Part shown: positions 18,554 through 28,337 of the stretch, in pieces | Layout of the letters: each line of letters opens with the position of its first letter | Numbering within the stretch: position 1 is the stretch's first letter | Source of the DNA: Candidatus Latescibacterota bacterium | GTDB lineage: Bacteria; Latescibacterota; UBA2968; UBA8231 | DNA: 64,000 nt | Reading direction: 5' to 3' | Assembly: GCA_965197905.1 (NCBI GenBank) | Contig: CBDAOB010000005.1 | Location: 2,368,001-2,432,000 of the forward strand | Position numbers and translations under genes: made by a program | The notes under the pieces: model-generated | The model's database searches: none | Told to the model about the DNA's origin: nothing | Seen by the model: the letters and a program-made list of their open reading frames with translations, nothing else

Positions 18554-18880
18554 ATGACTATGCAGATCATCCCCACCCCGAATGTAGCCGTCATCGGCGC
18601 CGCGCTTCTCGGCCTAGCATGGTTGCTTTGCGCCTGGGTCACCTCCTCCCTCGCTCATCACAAGGGTGATCCTCGACTGAAGTGGTTTGCCCTCGGTCTC
18701 CTGCTGGGTCCCTTCAGTTGGGTTGCAGCTCATCATAGCGGCAAGCTGTGCGCTCATTGTCGAAAACGTATTCACCGCCAGGCGCTGATCTGCCCGTGGT
18801 GCCAACGACCACAGTCGTACAAGACGCGCGACGGCGGCGCTCGCCCACAGCCGGAATCCCTCATCGTCGACAGTCAGTAA
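18554..18880 (+). CDS. small membrane protein with zinc ribbon
   Basis: Two hydrophobic segments (A..KG...WFALGLLLGPF), CAHC...CPWC. Confidence 0.65.
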   Translation: MTMQIIPTPNVAVIGAALLGLAWLLCAWVTSSLAHHKGDPRLKWFALGLLLGPFSWVAAHHSGKLCAHCRKRIHRQALICPWCQRPQSYKTRDGGARPQPESLIVDSQ

Positions 18881-18904
18881 AGATCGAAACGAGAATCAGC
18901 CGCA

Positions 18905-19306
18905 ATGAGCGCGGAAGGCACACAGCGTTACCTCGCTACGAAAGTATTGATGATGCCGCGAGACACGAATCCTCAGGGAACGATCTTCGGGGGTGTTCTC
19001 CTCAGCTACATCGACCAGGCCGGAGCGGCAGGCGCGCGCTTTGAGATGACGCAGGCCGGGTGGCCTGAGTCATCGATCGTTACAGTCGCCGTCAATGGCG
19101 TTGAGTTTCTCAAGCCCGTTTTTGTTGGCGACCTCGTGAGTTTTTGGACCCAACTGGAGCGCGTCGGGCGCACGTCGATCACCATACGGGTTACCGTGGA
19201 AACGGATCGACGGGGTGAGGCCGTTCGATTGACTGAGGCTCAGGTCAAATACGTCGCCATCGAGGCAGAGGGTGACCAACGCGTCCCCATCCCCATTCGC
19301 GGCTGA
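18905..19306 (+). CDS. acyl-CoA thioesterase (hotdog fold, YciA-like)
   Basis: MMPRDTNPQGTIFGG.LLSYID.AG, VTVAV..VEFLKPVFVGD, GRTSI. Confidence 0.9.
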   Translation: MSAEGTQRYLATKVLMMPRDTNPQGTIFGGVLLSYIDQAGAAGARFEMTQAGWPESSIVTVAVNGVEFLKPVFVGDLVSFWTQLERVGRTSITIRVTVETDRRGEAVRLTEAQVKYVAIEAEGDQRVPIPIRG

Positions 19307-19319
19307 GGAATCGCAACTC

Positions 19320-19904
19320 ATGGCAGCCGAGTCGATCTTCGCCACATTCCCCTCACTCGAGACTGAAAATCTGGTGCTTCGCGAACTCAGGCCAGCGGAT
19401 GCGCCCAAGGTGTTGGAGCTTTTTTCGGATCCCGAGGTAGTCCGATATTATGATCTCGATCTGTTTTCTACCATTGAAGAGGCCTGTCGGCTGGTGAATC
19501 GCTTTGTTCAACGGTTCGAAAAACGAATCGGCATCCGTTGGGCGATTACCGAGAGAAGCAGTACCGGGGACCTCGTCGGCACTTGTGGCTACAATCTCTG
19601 GATCCAGCCCAGTCACCGCGGTCTGCTGGGGTACGATTTGGCGCAGACCCATTGGAATCGCGGTATAATGACCGAAGCTTTGACCGCGGTGCTGCAGTTG
19701 GGATTCGGAAAGATGGCTCTAAACCGAATCGAAGCTCTGGTCATGTCCGGCAACGAAGCTTCCTATCGCCTCCTGGATAAATTGGGATTTCAGAAGGAGG
19801 GTACCCTGCGCCAGTACGAGCGCGTAAAAGGGCGCTTTGTGGACATGGAGATGTTTTCGATTCTAGAGGAGGAGTGCCGCGCCGCGCCCCCCGCATCGGA
19901 ATGA
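19320..19904 (+). CDS. GNAT N-acetyltransferase (RimJ/RimL family)
   Basis: FPSLETENLVLR, VGTCGY, GYDL...WNRGIMTEAL, NEAS..LL.KLGF..EG.LR. Confidence 0.88.
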   Translation: MAAESIFATFPSLETENLVLRELRPADAPKVLELFSDPEVVRYYDLDLFSTIEEACRLVNRFVQRFEKRIGIRWAITERSSTGDLVGTCGYNLWIQPSHRGLLGYDLAQTHWNRGIMTEALTAVLQLGFGKMALNRIEALVMSGNEASYRLLDKLGFQKEGTLRQYERVKGRFVDMEMFSILEEECRAAPPASE

Positions 19905-19961
19905 TTCATCACACGGGGCACTGGCCGATTCGACTACCGCGACGTCGGCTGGAAGCGATTG

Positions 19962-21443
19962 TCAGCTTGCGTCTTTTAACAGATCCAACTGCGAAGTAAC
20001 TGCGAAATGATCGAGGGAGACGAACCCAGCGAATGGGTGCTCGCCTCCGATACAATAAGTGCACAGACCCTGGCGGGTCATGCCGGCGCGCTCGAACGCT
20101 TTGAACATCCCCTCGTAAGATAGATACACGACCGGCTGGTTCATCGCTTCCCCGATCTGTTCCACGGTTCGGCCACGGGCGATAAACTCATCGCCTGGTG
20201 GAGGATCCGGCGGCATGTCGACTCCAAACATACATCCCCGGGGGATACCATCCGTGCCCACGATGCCTATGGGGGGCGTGTAGCTCACCAGATAGGCGGT
20301 TTCCACGTTCGCCTCCTCGTACAGCAGATCCCGTGCGCGTCTCGAATTGTTGCCGCGTATGATGCTGTCATCGAGCAGCACAACCGTCTTGCCGCGAAGC
20401 GCATCTTCCATGCCGGGCAGAAGGTGGAGGTTTTCACCAATCGATTGCTTCCTGTCGCTGGCCGTGGTACCCTGGAAGGACCGCTCAGCGCGCATCTTGT
20501 AGAATACGGGGCGAAAGGGAAGCTGGGTCTTTTTGGCATAGGCGCGGGCAGCTACCTCGGGGCAACGAGGTAGATAGGTCACCAGGTCCGCGTCGTCCGG
20601 GTGAAACTCATCGGCCACCGCCTCACCCAGCGCTTCCCGCACCCGCCGCACGCTGACGCCGTTCAGGATCGAATCCACGTCGGCTATGTAGTTCCACTGA
20701 AAGAAGCAGTGGGAGCGGTGCGGCTCCACCAGGGACACCTTGGTGAACTCGCCTTCAGGCGACAGGTAATAGATCGATCCGGGATCGATGTCCTCGATGT
20801 ATTCGCCGCCGTTTTTCCGAAATGCGATGTCCTCGGAGGCGACCCCGTATTTGCCGTCCTTCCACCCCAACACCGCCGGCTTCATACCACTTCGGTCCCG
20901 AAGGACCATTACGTCTCTCTTCCGCTTGTCGGCGATCGCCAGGGTGTACGCCCCTGGAATTTCCTGCACGAAGTTGTACTCCCCATACTGTCTGTATACG
21001 TGAAGCAGTGCCTCGGTATCGCAGGTCGAATGCAGATCTTCCTGGGGAACCTCTTCAAAATAGCTGCGATCCACCTGGCCGTTGTGGACCGAAGCCATAT
21101 CACAATCCCAGATGATAATGTGATTTCCTCGATGCTCCACGTGACCGCCTATTACGTGCGGATGGGCATCTTCGAGGATCTGGTCCTTCCTGCCGCGGGT
21201 CGCATATCGCACGTGACCGAGGTAGGTGTGATATCTGGGACTGGGAAAGATCTTGTGCAAATCGGTAACATCGAACCGATCCACGCCGCCGGACCACTTG
21301 ACTACGTCTATGCGCCCATCTCCGACGGCGGCGAGGCCGGTCGCCTCGCGACCGCGATGTTGGAGAGAACGAATGAATCTGTAGGCGTCGTGGAGGGTAT
21401 GCGCGACGCAGAGTCCGCAATTGTGTCGAATCGTTTCAGTCAA
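19962..21443 (-). CDS. purF: amidophosphoribosyltransferase (PurF)-like, divergent, Fe-S type
   Basis: Propeptide + CG, LQHRG, GHVRYAT, HNGQ, PRT motif LLDDSIIRG, and four Fe-S Cys (HCFF, GCMFG, CTYC). Confidence 0.7.
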   Translation of the reverse strand: MTETIRHNCGLCVAHTLHDAYRFIRSLQHRGREATGLAAVGDGRIDVVKWSGGVDRFDVTDLHKIFPSPRYHTYLGHVRYATRGRKDQILEDAHPHVIGGHVEHRGNHIIIWDCDMASVHNGQVDRSYFEEVPQEDLHSTCDTEALLHVYRQYGEYNFVQEIPGAYTLAIADKRKRDVMVLRDRSGMKPAVLGWKDGKYGVASEDIAFRKNGGEYIEDIDPGSIYYLSPEGEFTKVSLVEPHRSHCFFQWNYIADVDSILNGVSVRRVREALGEAVADEFHPDDADLVTYLPRCPEVAARAYAKKTQLPFRPVFYKMRAERSFQGTTASDRKQSIGENLHLLPGMEDALRGKTVVLLDDSIIRGNNSRRARDLLYEEANVETAYLVSYTPPIGIVGTDGIPRGCMFGVDMPPDPPPGDEFIARGRTVEQIGEAMNQPVVYLSYEGMFKAFERAGMTRQGLCTYCIGGEHPFAGFVSLDHFAVTSQLDLLKDAS

Positions 21444-21468
21444 TGGGCGTCGCTATGGGTTAATCGGT

Positions 21469-21807
21469 CTATATGGCTGCTGCACCGGTCTCACCGGTAC
21501 GGATTCTGACCACATCTTCCACCGCAAGGATGAATATCTTTCCGTCGCCGATCCGGCCGCTTTGGGCGGCATCCCGCACGGCGTTCACCGCCTGTTCGGA
21601 CAACTCGTTTGCCACCACTACGTCGATCTCGATTTTGGGGGTGAAGTCGATGTTGTATTCGGCGCCGCGGTACACTTCCTTGTGCCCCTTCTGCCTGCCG
21701 AAACCCTTTACCTCGCTCACGGTCATCCCCATCACCCCAAGCTGGCTCAACGCTTCCTTGACTTCCTCCAAAGCGCTCGGACGCACGACGCATTTGAGCA
21801 ATTTCAT
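21469..21807 (-). CDS. glnK: P-II nitrogen regulator
   Basis: GMTVSEVKGFGRQKG...YRGAEY, GRIGDGKIF, RIRTGE; adjacent to amtB. Confidence 0.95.
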   Translation of the reverse strand: MKLLKCVVRPSALEEVKEALSQLGVMGMTVSEVKGFGRQKGHKEVYRGAEYNIDFTPKIEIDVVVANELSEQAVNAVRDAAQSGRIGDGKIFILAVEDVVRIRTGETGAAAI

Positions 21808-21832
21808 TGCAGTTCTCCTTGTTGACCTAGAT

Positions 21833-23206
21833 CTATAACTCCATGTTGTAGCCCTGCTCGTCGTGCAGCGCGATGTCGAGCCCCTGAATCTCTTCGTCTT
21901 CGTTCACGCGCAACCCGACCACAGCGTCGACGATCTTGAATATGATCGCCGAGAGGAGGGCACAGTAGATAATCGTCACGATTACGCCCACCAGTTGTAC
22001 TCCGAACTGTTGGCCGATACTGCTGACCCCTTCCGCGAAACCTTGGCCGCCGAGGCTTTCGGCGGCGAATATCCCAGTCAACAAAGCTCCCACAATGCCA
22101 CCGATTCCATGCACCCCGAAGGCGTCCAGGGAATCGTCATATCCCAATTTTCGTTTCAGGATTGTAGCCCCCCAGAAACACAGAATGCCCGCGGCAACTC
22201 CCACCGCAAGAGCACCCATGGGTCCTACGCTTCCGGAGGCCGGTGTGATAGCCACCAACCCGCCCACAGCACCCGTGACGATACCCAGGGCGCTGGGTTT
22301 TCCATGACTCAACCACTCGATCATCATCCAGCTTATCGCCGCGGTGCCGGTAGCGATTTGGGTGACCAGCATCGCCATTCCTGCCGATCCGTCTGCAGCC
22401 ACCGCGCTGCCGGCATTGAAGCCGAACCATCCTACCCAGAGCATGGAAGCGCCGACAACCGTGATCGTCATACTGTGGGGGGGCATGGGACTCCCGGGGA
22501 AACCCCGGCGTTTGCCGAGCATCAAAGCGGCCACCAGGCCGGCGATTCCCGCATTGATGTGCACCACCGTTCCGCCGGCAAAATCGAGGACACCCATGTC
22601 GCCGAAGAACGATCCATCGCCGCTCCAGGCCATATGACAGACCGGGGCGTAAACGAGGCTCGACCACAAAACGGTAAACAACATGACCGCCGAGAACTTC
22701 ATCCGTTCGGCATAAGCGCCCGCGATGAGTGCCGGCGTGATGATCGCAAAGGTGAGCTGGAAAGTTACGAACACCGTTTCCGGTATCGTACCGGCCAGGC
22801 TGTCCACACCAACCCCACTGAGGCCGGCCTTCGACAATCCACCCACGAACGAGCGGAGGTTGGTCACACCGGCTTCCATCCCGGTGGTATCGAATGCGAG
22901 GCTGTAACCCCACAAGATCCAGATGATGGTGACCAGCCCGGTGGTGGCGAAACATTGCATCAAAACGGACAGTACGTTCTTGGACCGAACCAGACCGCCG
23001 TAGAACAGCGCCAATCCTGGAATAGTCATGAAGAGCACCAGGGCCGTGCTCGTCAGCATCCATGCAGTGTCCCCCGAGTCCAATCCATCGGCAGCCGCCA
23101 TCCCTGGAAGTACGAAGATGAAAAAAGCTGCCAAGATCATCGACCCTTTGGTAAATCGACCGACCTTGTGGTGGCGCGTGGCCTCGTTCTGATCTGAAGT
23201 CAACAT
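21833..23206 (-). CDS. amtB: ammonium transporter
   Basis: GDTAWML, PGLALFYGG, FQLTFAIIT, DFAGGTVVH, LWVGWFGFNAGS, DDSLDAFGVHG. Confidence 0.97.
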   Translation of the reverse strand: MLTSDQNEATRHHKVGRFTKGSMILAAFFIFVLPGMAAADGLDSGDTAWMLTSTALVLFMTIPGLALFYGGLVRSKNVLSVLMQCFATTGLVTIIWILWGYSLAFDTTGMEAGVTNLRSFVGGLSKAGLSGVGVDSLAGTIPETVFVTFQLTFAIITPALIAGAYAERMKFSAVMLFTVLWSSLVYAPVCHMAWSGDGSFFGDMGVLDFAGGTVVHINAGIAGLVAALMLGKRRGFPGSPMPPHSMTITVVGASMLWVGWFGFNAGSAVAADGSAGMAMLVTQIATGTAAISWMMIEWLSHGKPSALGIVTGAVGGLVAITPASGSVGPMGALAVGVAAGILCFWGATILKRKLGYDDSLDAFGVHGIGGIVGALLTGIFAAESLGGQGFAEGVSSIGQQFGVQLVGVIVTIIYCALLSAIIFKIVDAVVGLRVNEDEEIQGLDIALHDEQGYNMEL

Positions 23207-23227
23207 GGTATTCCTCCAACGTGCGAA

Positions 23228-23297
23228 TCGATTGTCCGCAGTTCGGGCTAGCTCGCTATAGCGGAAGGCTCAAATACTACGAATTGACCGCAATCGA
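23228..23297. promoter_or_regulatory. two putative operator sites (ATTG-N4-CA(A/G)T) upstream of amtB
   Basis: ATTGTCCGCAGT at 23231-23242 and ATTGACCGCAAT at 23283-23294. Confidence 0.4.
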
Positions 23298-24206
23298 TCA
23301 AGACCTTTCTCGAGTTAGTTTTTTCACCCATTTGTAAGCAGCTTTGGAGTTGTCGCACAGAACCTTTTCCAATGCCGCGTCACCCTTCTGTTTGAAATAG
23401 GTGGAAACGATCTCCACTGCCAGGCCATACTCACCGGCAGGCCAGCAGACCGGCCAGTTGCTTCCGAAGATCAGGCGATCTTCACCGAAACTGTCCCACA
23501 GGGCGTCCAGGACGGGTCGATAATAGTCCACATCAGCCGGTGCCGGTTGATCAAAACATGATTCCATGAGACCGGACACCTTGCAGTAGACCTGGGCGTG
23601 TTCCGCGGATCGCTTCATCGCGTCTACCCATTGGCTGCTGGGCTCGGTTCCATCGATCGCAACCTGAGCCACGTGATTGATGACGATCCGCAGTTGAGGG
23701 AGTTCTTGAGCCACCTCGATGACACCCGTCAAGTGATCGTACCCGACCAGGGTGTCCAGCTCGAGATCCTTCTCGGCGAGGAACTCGAAATCTCGCAGCA
23801 ACGTTTTAGACGCCAGGTTGTCGAAGAAGTCCGCTCTGAGCTCTGAGCTCATCTCCTTCCCCGACTCGAACGCACCCACCCTGATTCCGCGGAAAAGGGG
23901 ATTCTGCGCGAAGCGTTCGATCTGCGCAGAAAACTCCTCCGTTCCCGGGTCGACGTGCCCCACAAGCCCAACGATCGAAGACTCGTTTTCGGCGAGATCG
24001 AGAATCCACTGGTTGTCTTCGATCAGTGGACTTGCTTCGACGACAACGGTTGCAGTCACGCCCGCCGGCTCCGCCAACGCGAGGAAATGCTCAGGCAGTA
24101 CCGGACGATAGAGGTTTGCATGGTGTTCAGGTGGCCAGGGCACTCCTTGCGGCCGGCTGGTGTCGTAGAAATGAGTATGGGTATCAACGATCATGTCTTG
24201 CCTCAT
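23298..24206 (-). CDS. amidohydrolase_2-family protein (sugar lactonase-like)
   Basis: IVDTHTHF, VVVEAS, RGIR, VINHV, CKVSGL, FGSNWPV. Confidence 0.8.
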   Translation of the reverse strand: MRQDMIVDTHTHFYDTSRPQGVPWPPEHHANLYRPVLPEHFLALAEPAGVTATVVVEASPLIEDNQWILDLAENESSIVGLVGHVDPGTEEFSAQIERFAQNPLFRGIRVGAFESGKEMSSELRADFFDNLASKTLLRDFEFLAEKDLELDTLVGYDHLTGVIEVAQELPQLRIVINHVAQVAIDGTEPSSQWVDAMKRSAEHAQVYCKVSGLMESCFDQPAPADVDYYRPVLDALWDSFGEDRLIFGSNWPVCWPAGEYGLAVEIVSTYFKQKGDAALEKVLCDNSKAAYKWVKKLTRERS

Positions 24207-25245
24207 CTGACTTATATTTTTTGGAACATTGAATGACCAGTTCGCTCAACTCTGTCACGTCCTCTATAGTGGTATCGAACCCCGACATCCAACGCACGCG
24301 AGCTTCCTCCTCATCTAGAGTATGGAAAAAGAACCGTTCGAGAAGGTCGGGCAGCCACTCCGGAGGCAGGGTCGCAAATACACCGTTGATCTCCACCGGG
24401 TACACCACTTCCACACCCTTCACGCGGCGAACTCGGTTGCTCAATTCCTCAGCCATGGCGTTTTCGTGAAGCGCGATCCGACGCCACAGATCGTCCGTCA
24501 GCAGCGCTTCGAACTGTGCGGAAATAAACCGCATCTTGGAGGCCAGCTGCAGCCCCTGCTTCCGCACATAGGGAAAGTCCTTACCCAGTCGTGGATTGAG
24601 AAAAACCACCGCTTCCCCAATCAGCAGCCCGTTCTTGGTGCCGCCGAACGACAGAATGTCGACGCCCACATCGGTAGTAATTTCCTTCAAGTCGCAGTCG
24701 AGAAAGGCTGCGGCGTTCGGCAGGCGCGATCCGTCCATGTGCACCACCATACCTGACCGATGGGCACGCTCTGCCACGGCGGCAATCTCATGGGGTCGGT
24801 ACACCGTTCCCACTTCGGTGGGCTGTGTCATCGAAACGAGGCGGGGTTGGGAAACATGCTGGTTGCCCAGTTGGTCAACGTAGAGGTCGACCGCATCGGG
24901 CGATATCTTGCCTGCGATCGCGGGAGCAGGAAGCAGCTTAGCATGTTTGTCCGGAGCGCCGCATTCGTCGATGTAGATGTGCGCGGTCTCGGCACATATC
25001 ACCCCGTCGGTCGAACGGGTCGTCTCCGCAATGCTCAACACATTCGCGGCGGAACCATTGAAAACGAAGTAGACCTGCGCGTCCGAAGAGAAATGCGCCT
25101 TGAATGCCGCTGACGCTCGCTCCGTGAACGGATCGTCTCCGTAAGACGGCACGTGCCCGGTATTGGCCGCAAGAATGGCCTCCATTACCTCGGGATGCAC
25201 CCCCGTCTGGTGGTCGCCGTAGAATCCCCTAGTGTGTTTATTCAA
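24184..25245 (-). CDS. ltaE: low-specificity L-threonine aldolase
   Basis: SYGDDP, NGSAAN, AHIYIDECGAP, TQPTEVGTVY, HMDGSR, SFGGTKNG, QLASKMRF. Confidence 0.88.
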   Translation of the reverse strand: MNKHTRGFYGDHQTGVHPEVMEAILAANTGHVPSYGDDPFTERASAAFKAHFSSDAQVYFVFNGSAANVLSIAETTRSTDGVICAETAHIYIDECGAPDKHAKLLPAPAIAGKISPDAVDLYVDQLGNQHVSQPRLVSMTQPTEVGTVYRPHEIAAVAERAHRSGMVVHMDGSRLPNAAAFLDCDLKEITTDVGVDILSFGGTKNGLLIGEAVVFLNPRLGKDFPYVRKQGLQLASKMRFISAQFEALLTDDLWRRIALHENAMAEELSNRVRRVKGVEVVYPVEINGVFATLPPEWLPDLLERFFFHTLDEEEARVRWMSGFDTTIEDVTELSELVIQCSKKYKSDEARHDR

Positions 25246-25431
25246 TGATTCCTTCTCACCCGGATGAAAGAAAGCTATTTATAGGACGACCGCCGGGCAA
25301 ATTGACGCTCGAAACCGACCAGCATATTTTTGCCCGTCGCTCCGGCCGTTCCTCCGCCAGGAGCGTTGCAGACAAGCGTTTGGCCGGTTTAGCCGGCTCA
25401 CACCGTGAGATTCTTTGAAAGGAGCGTTGCA

Positions 25432-26250
25432 ATGGGTGGGAGACTCGAGGGCAAAGTGGCGCTGGTGACCGGCGCCGGTTCGTGCGGCCCCGGTTGGGGA
25501 AATGGCAAAGCAACCGCTGTTCAGTTTGCCCGGGAAGGTGCAGCGGTATTCTGCGTGGATATCGATTTGAACGCCGCGAAGGAGACGACCCAGATCATCG
25601 AAGATGAAGGTGGTCGGACCACCAGCATCGAGTGTGACGTTGCCGACCGTACGGCGGTGGAAGGCATGATAGAGGCTTGTGTGAGCGAGTTCGGAAAGAT
25701 CGACGTGCTGCACAACAATGTTGGTATTATCGAACTCGGCGGAGCGGTGGACACCTCTGAAGAAAGCTGGGATCACGTTCTGGACGTGAATCTCAAAAGC
25801 ATGTTTCTAACCTGCAAGTTTGCGATTCCTCACATGCTGAACCATGGGGGTGGTGCGATCGTAAATATCGCCTCCTCCGTGGGCATCCGCTGGCACGGTG
25901 TAGCTTATATCTCATACTCCACCACCAAAGCGGCGATCATCCAGTTCACCAAGGTCGTCGCGCTCGAATACGCCGCCAGGAACATCCGTTGCAACTGCAT
26001 CCTTCCCGGATTCATCAATACCCCGCTGGTACGCGCCTCGTTAACCAAAGCGTATGCCGGCGCCGATTTCGACCAGATCGTAGCGGCCCGGGATGCACAG
26101 ATACCGTTAGGAAAAATGGGCGAGGCCTGGGACGTGGCCCACGCCGCCGTTTATCTCGCTTCCGACGAGGCTAAATTCGTTACCGGAGCCGAGCTGGTAG
26201 TCGACGGCGGCATGACCTGTCAGACGGTTGCCCCGGCCAAATCCGGGTGA
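25432..26250 (+). CDS. short-chain dehydrogenase/reductase
   Basis: ALVTGAGS...GNG, NNVG, YSTTKAA, NCILPG, VDGG; AGGAG RBS. Confidence 0.92.
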   Translation: MGGRLEGKVALVTGAGSCGPGWGNGKATAVQFAREGAAVFCVDIDLNAAKETTQIIEDEGGRTTSIECDVADRTAVEGMIEACVSEFGKIDVLHNNVGIIELGGAVDTSEESWDHVLDVNLKSMFLTCKFAIPHMLNHGGGAIVNIASSVGIRWHGVAYISYSTTKAAIIQFTKVVALEYAARNIRCNCILPGFINTPLVRASLTKAYAGADFDQIVAARDAQIPLGKMGEAWDVAHAAVYLASDEAKFVTGAELVVDGGMTCQTVAPAKSG

Positions 26251-27267
26251 CTAGTCCTTCCACTGAAAAATCACGCCGAGCATCGTCTTGTCGCGGTTGA
26301 AGGCCATTTCGTACGCCTTCTGCATTTCGCTGTAGTGCAGTCGATGGGTAATCAGGCGCTTGGGTTCCAAACCACCGTCCTCCATGAGCGACAAAGTGTG
26401 GGCGGAGTTTCTCAATCTCGTAAAACGTTCCCCCTCCGCGGCCGGATAGAGATTACCACCATTCCCAGAGACCGCGATGAGCGAGATCCCTTTGTCGTAA
26501 AACCATTTCATGTGAAGGGGGTTGAAGTCCAGCGGTTTCTCTCCCCTTTCGGGCAAGCTGACGATAGAAACCCGTCCGCCGCGTCGCACGATCTCCACTG
26601 AGGTCTGGTAGGCAGGCCACGGGTTGGCGGTCAAAATCACCAGGTCGATGCCGGCGCCATCGGTGAACTCGTCCAACTTCGCATGTAGATCCGGATCACT
26701 GGACAGGAAACATGCGTGGGTGCCCATCTTGGCAGCCATCTCCATGCGCAGTTCGCTGTTGCCTATGCCGACGACTCGAGCGCCAAACAGCCTGCCCACG
26801 CCGATCGCCCCCATGCCCAGGGTTCCCAAACCCACGATCGCGACGTTCTCGCCCGGTCTGAACATCGCCTTGTGATAACAGTGGGCGCTTAGGGTATACA
26901 GATAGGTGTAGACCGCATCCTCTGAATCCACCCCTTCCGGCACCTTGACCATGGCGAGCTCCCGCTCGTCCGCCACGTATTCCGAACAGTGCCAGGTCTG
27001 CCCGGCAACGCGATCCCCTTCTTTCAGCCTTGTCACCGCACTGCCCACGCCGCGAACGATGCCCAGGTTGCTGTCCCCGACCGGGCGCGGATAAGTGGGT
27101 GCCCCCGGTACATCCTCCGCCCCTTCGTAGTTTCCCCTGTCGGTGCCGATCTTGAAGGCGGAAATCTGGGTCTCCACCCACACCTCGTGCGGTTTCAGAT
27201 TGCCGGTATCCAGCTCCTGATCCTCAACGCGCAAGTCTCTTGGTCCGTGCAGAATGGGAATCTTCAT
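26251..27267 (-). CDS. medium-chain (zinc-binding family) dehydrogenase
   Basis: GPRDLRVE, GVGSAV...GDRV, IVGLGTLG, RLITHR. The usual Zn ligands are not evident (KIGTD, GDS). Confidence 0.75.
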   Translation of the reverse strand: MKIPILHGPRDLRVEDQELDTGNLKPHEVWVETQISAFKIGTDRGNYEGAEDVPGAPTYPRPVGDSNLGIVRGVGSAVTRLKEGDRVAGQTWHCSEYVADERELAMVKVPEGVDSEDAVYTYLYTLSAHCYHKAMFRPGENVAIVGLGTLGMGAIGVGRLFGARVVGIGNSELRMEMAAKMGTHACFLSSDPDLHAKLDEFTDGAGIDLVILTANPWPAYQTSVEIVRRGGRVSIVSLPERGEKPLDFNPLHMKWFYDKGISLIAVSGNGGNLYPAAEGERFTRLRNSAHTLSLMEDGGLEPKRLITHRLHYSEMQKAYEMAFNRDKTMLGVIFQWKD

Positions 27268-27296
27268 TGTAGCCTCCTATGTATGGTTGAGATGTA

Positions 27297-28256
27297 TCAC
27301 GAATTCCACAGATCGGTGGTGAGATATTTGAGACCGGAGTCGTTGATGAGAATCGCCACCACTCCGCCTTTTAACTCTCCTCGTAGCAGCTGCTGGGCGG
27401 CGGCAACGTTCGCCCCAGAAGAGAAACCGGCAAATATGCCTTCGTCACAAGCAAGCTGATGGCATGCGTCGATCGACTCCTGTGAGGTGACCTGCATGTA
27501 GCCATCCACATGCTCCGCATTGATCAGCTCGAGTTCGGGTCTGGAATAGCCACCGCCCTGGATGGGGTGACTGGGGCTGGTTACCGCCTGTCCGGACAGC
27601 ACCGCCGCCCCTTCTGGCTCCACAATGAAACACTTCACCTTGGAATCGTTCTCTTTGAAGGCGGCGGCGCACCCGGCGAAACTGCCACCGGAGCCGACGA
27701 AATCGCAAAAGCCGTCGATTCGACCGCCTGACCCAGCCAGGATCTCGGGCCCCGTGTGCAGATAATGAGACCGAAAGTTCCCCCGGTGAACGAACTGATC
27801 CGGGCGAAACGCTGCACGCTCTCGCGCCAGTCTCTCCGCCTCCACTTCCACCAGCTCTAGATCGGTCCCCGAAACCGAGTCGCTTCTCGACCCCGTGGCC
27901 TGGTCCACCAAGGCAACCTCCGCTCCGTATGCGCGCATCTGGCGCACCCGTTCTGTGCTGTTACCTTTGGACATCACGGCGACAAAGGGATACCCTTTGA
28001 TCGCACTGACGATGGCAAGACCGGTTCCGGTATTTCCGCTGGTCACCTCCACGATCGTCTGGCCCGGCTCGAGGTCACCCGCCGCCTCGGCGTCTTCAAC
28101 GATCTGCAATGCGATCCGATCCTTCTTCGAATACCCCGGGTTGAGATACTCCAGTTTCGCCAGGATTTCTCCCTCCATGTCCCTGGTCAACCGCGAAAGC
28201 CGCACCAGAGGAGTGTCCCCGATCGCCGCAAGCACCGATTCGAACGGCTTACTCAT
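27297..28256 (-). CDS. PLP-dependent cysteine synthase-family protein
   Basis: IGDTPLV, KLEYLNPGYSKKDR, TSGNTGTG, GIFAGFSSGAN, DSGLKY. Confidence 0.88.
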   Translation of the reverse strand: MSKPFESVLAAIGDTPLVRLSRLTRDMEGEILAKLEYLNPGYSKKDRIALQIVEDAEAAGDLEPGQTIVEVTSGNTGTGLAIVSAIKGYPFVAVMSKGNSTERVRQMRAYGAEVALVDQATGSRSDSVSGTDLELVEVEAERLARERAAFRPDQFVHRGNFRSHYLHTGPEILAGSGGRIDGFCDFVGSGGSFAGCAAAFKENDSKVKCFIVEPEGAAVLSGQAVTSPSHPIQGGGYSRPELELINAEHVDGYMQVTSQESIDACHQLACDEGIFAGFSSGANVAAAQQLLRGELKGGVVAILINDSGLKYLTTDLWNS

Positions 28257-28337
28257 AACGATGATGCCCTGCCATCACCAGGCGATCGCAGGAACATTCG
28301 CACCCATACGCACGTCGCGCTGTTTCGGGCATCCGGA

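Noticed and set aside
21863..23197. 444-aa + strand ORF
   Set aside because: Antisense shadow of amtB with no recognisable motifs, as expected in GC-rich DNA.
25359..25431. 12-bp direct repeat AGGAGCGTTGCA as a sigma54 promoter or CRISPR remnant
   Set aside because: No -24 TGGCAC element, only two copies, and the second is the SDR ribosome-binding site.
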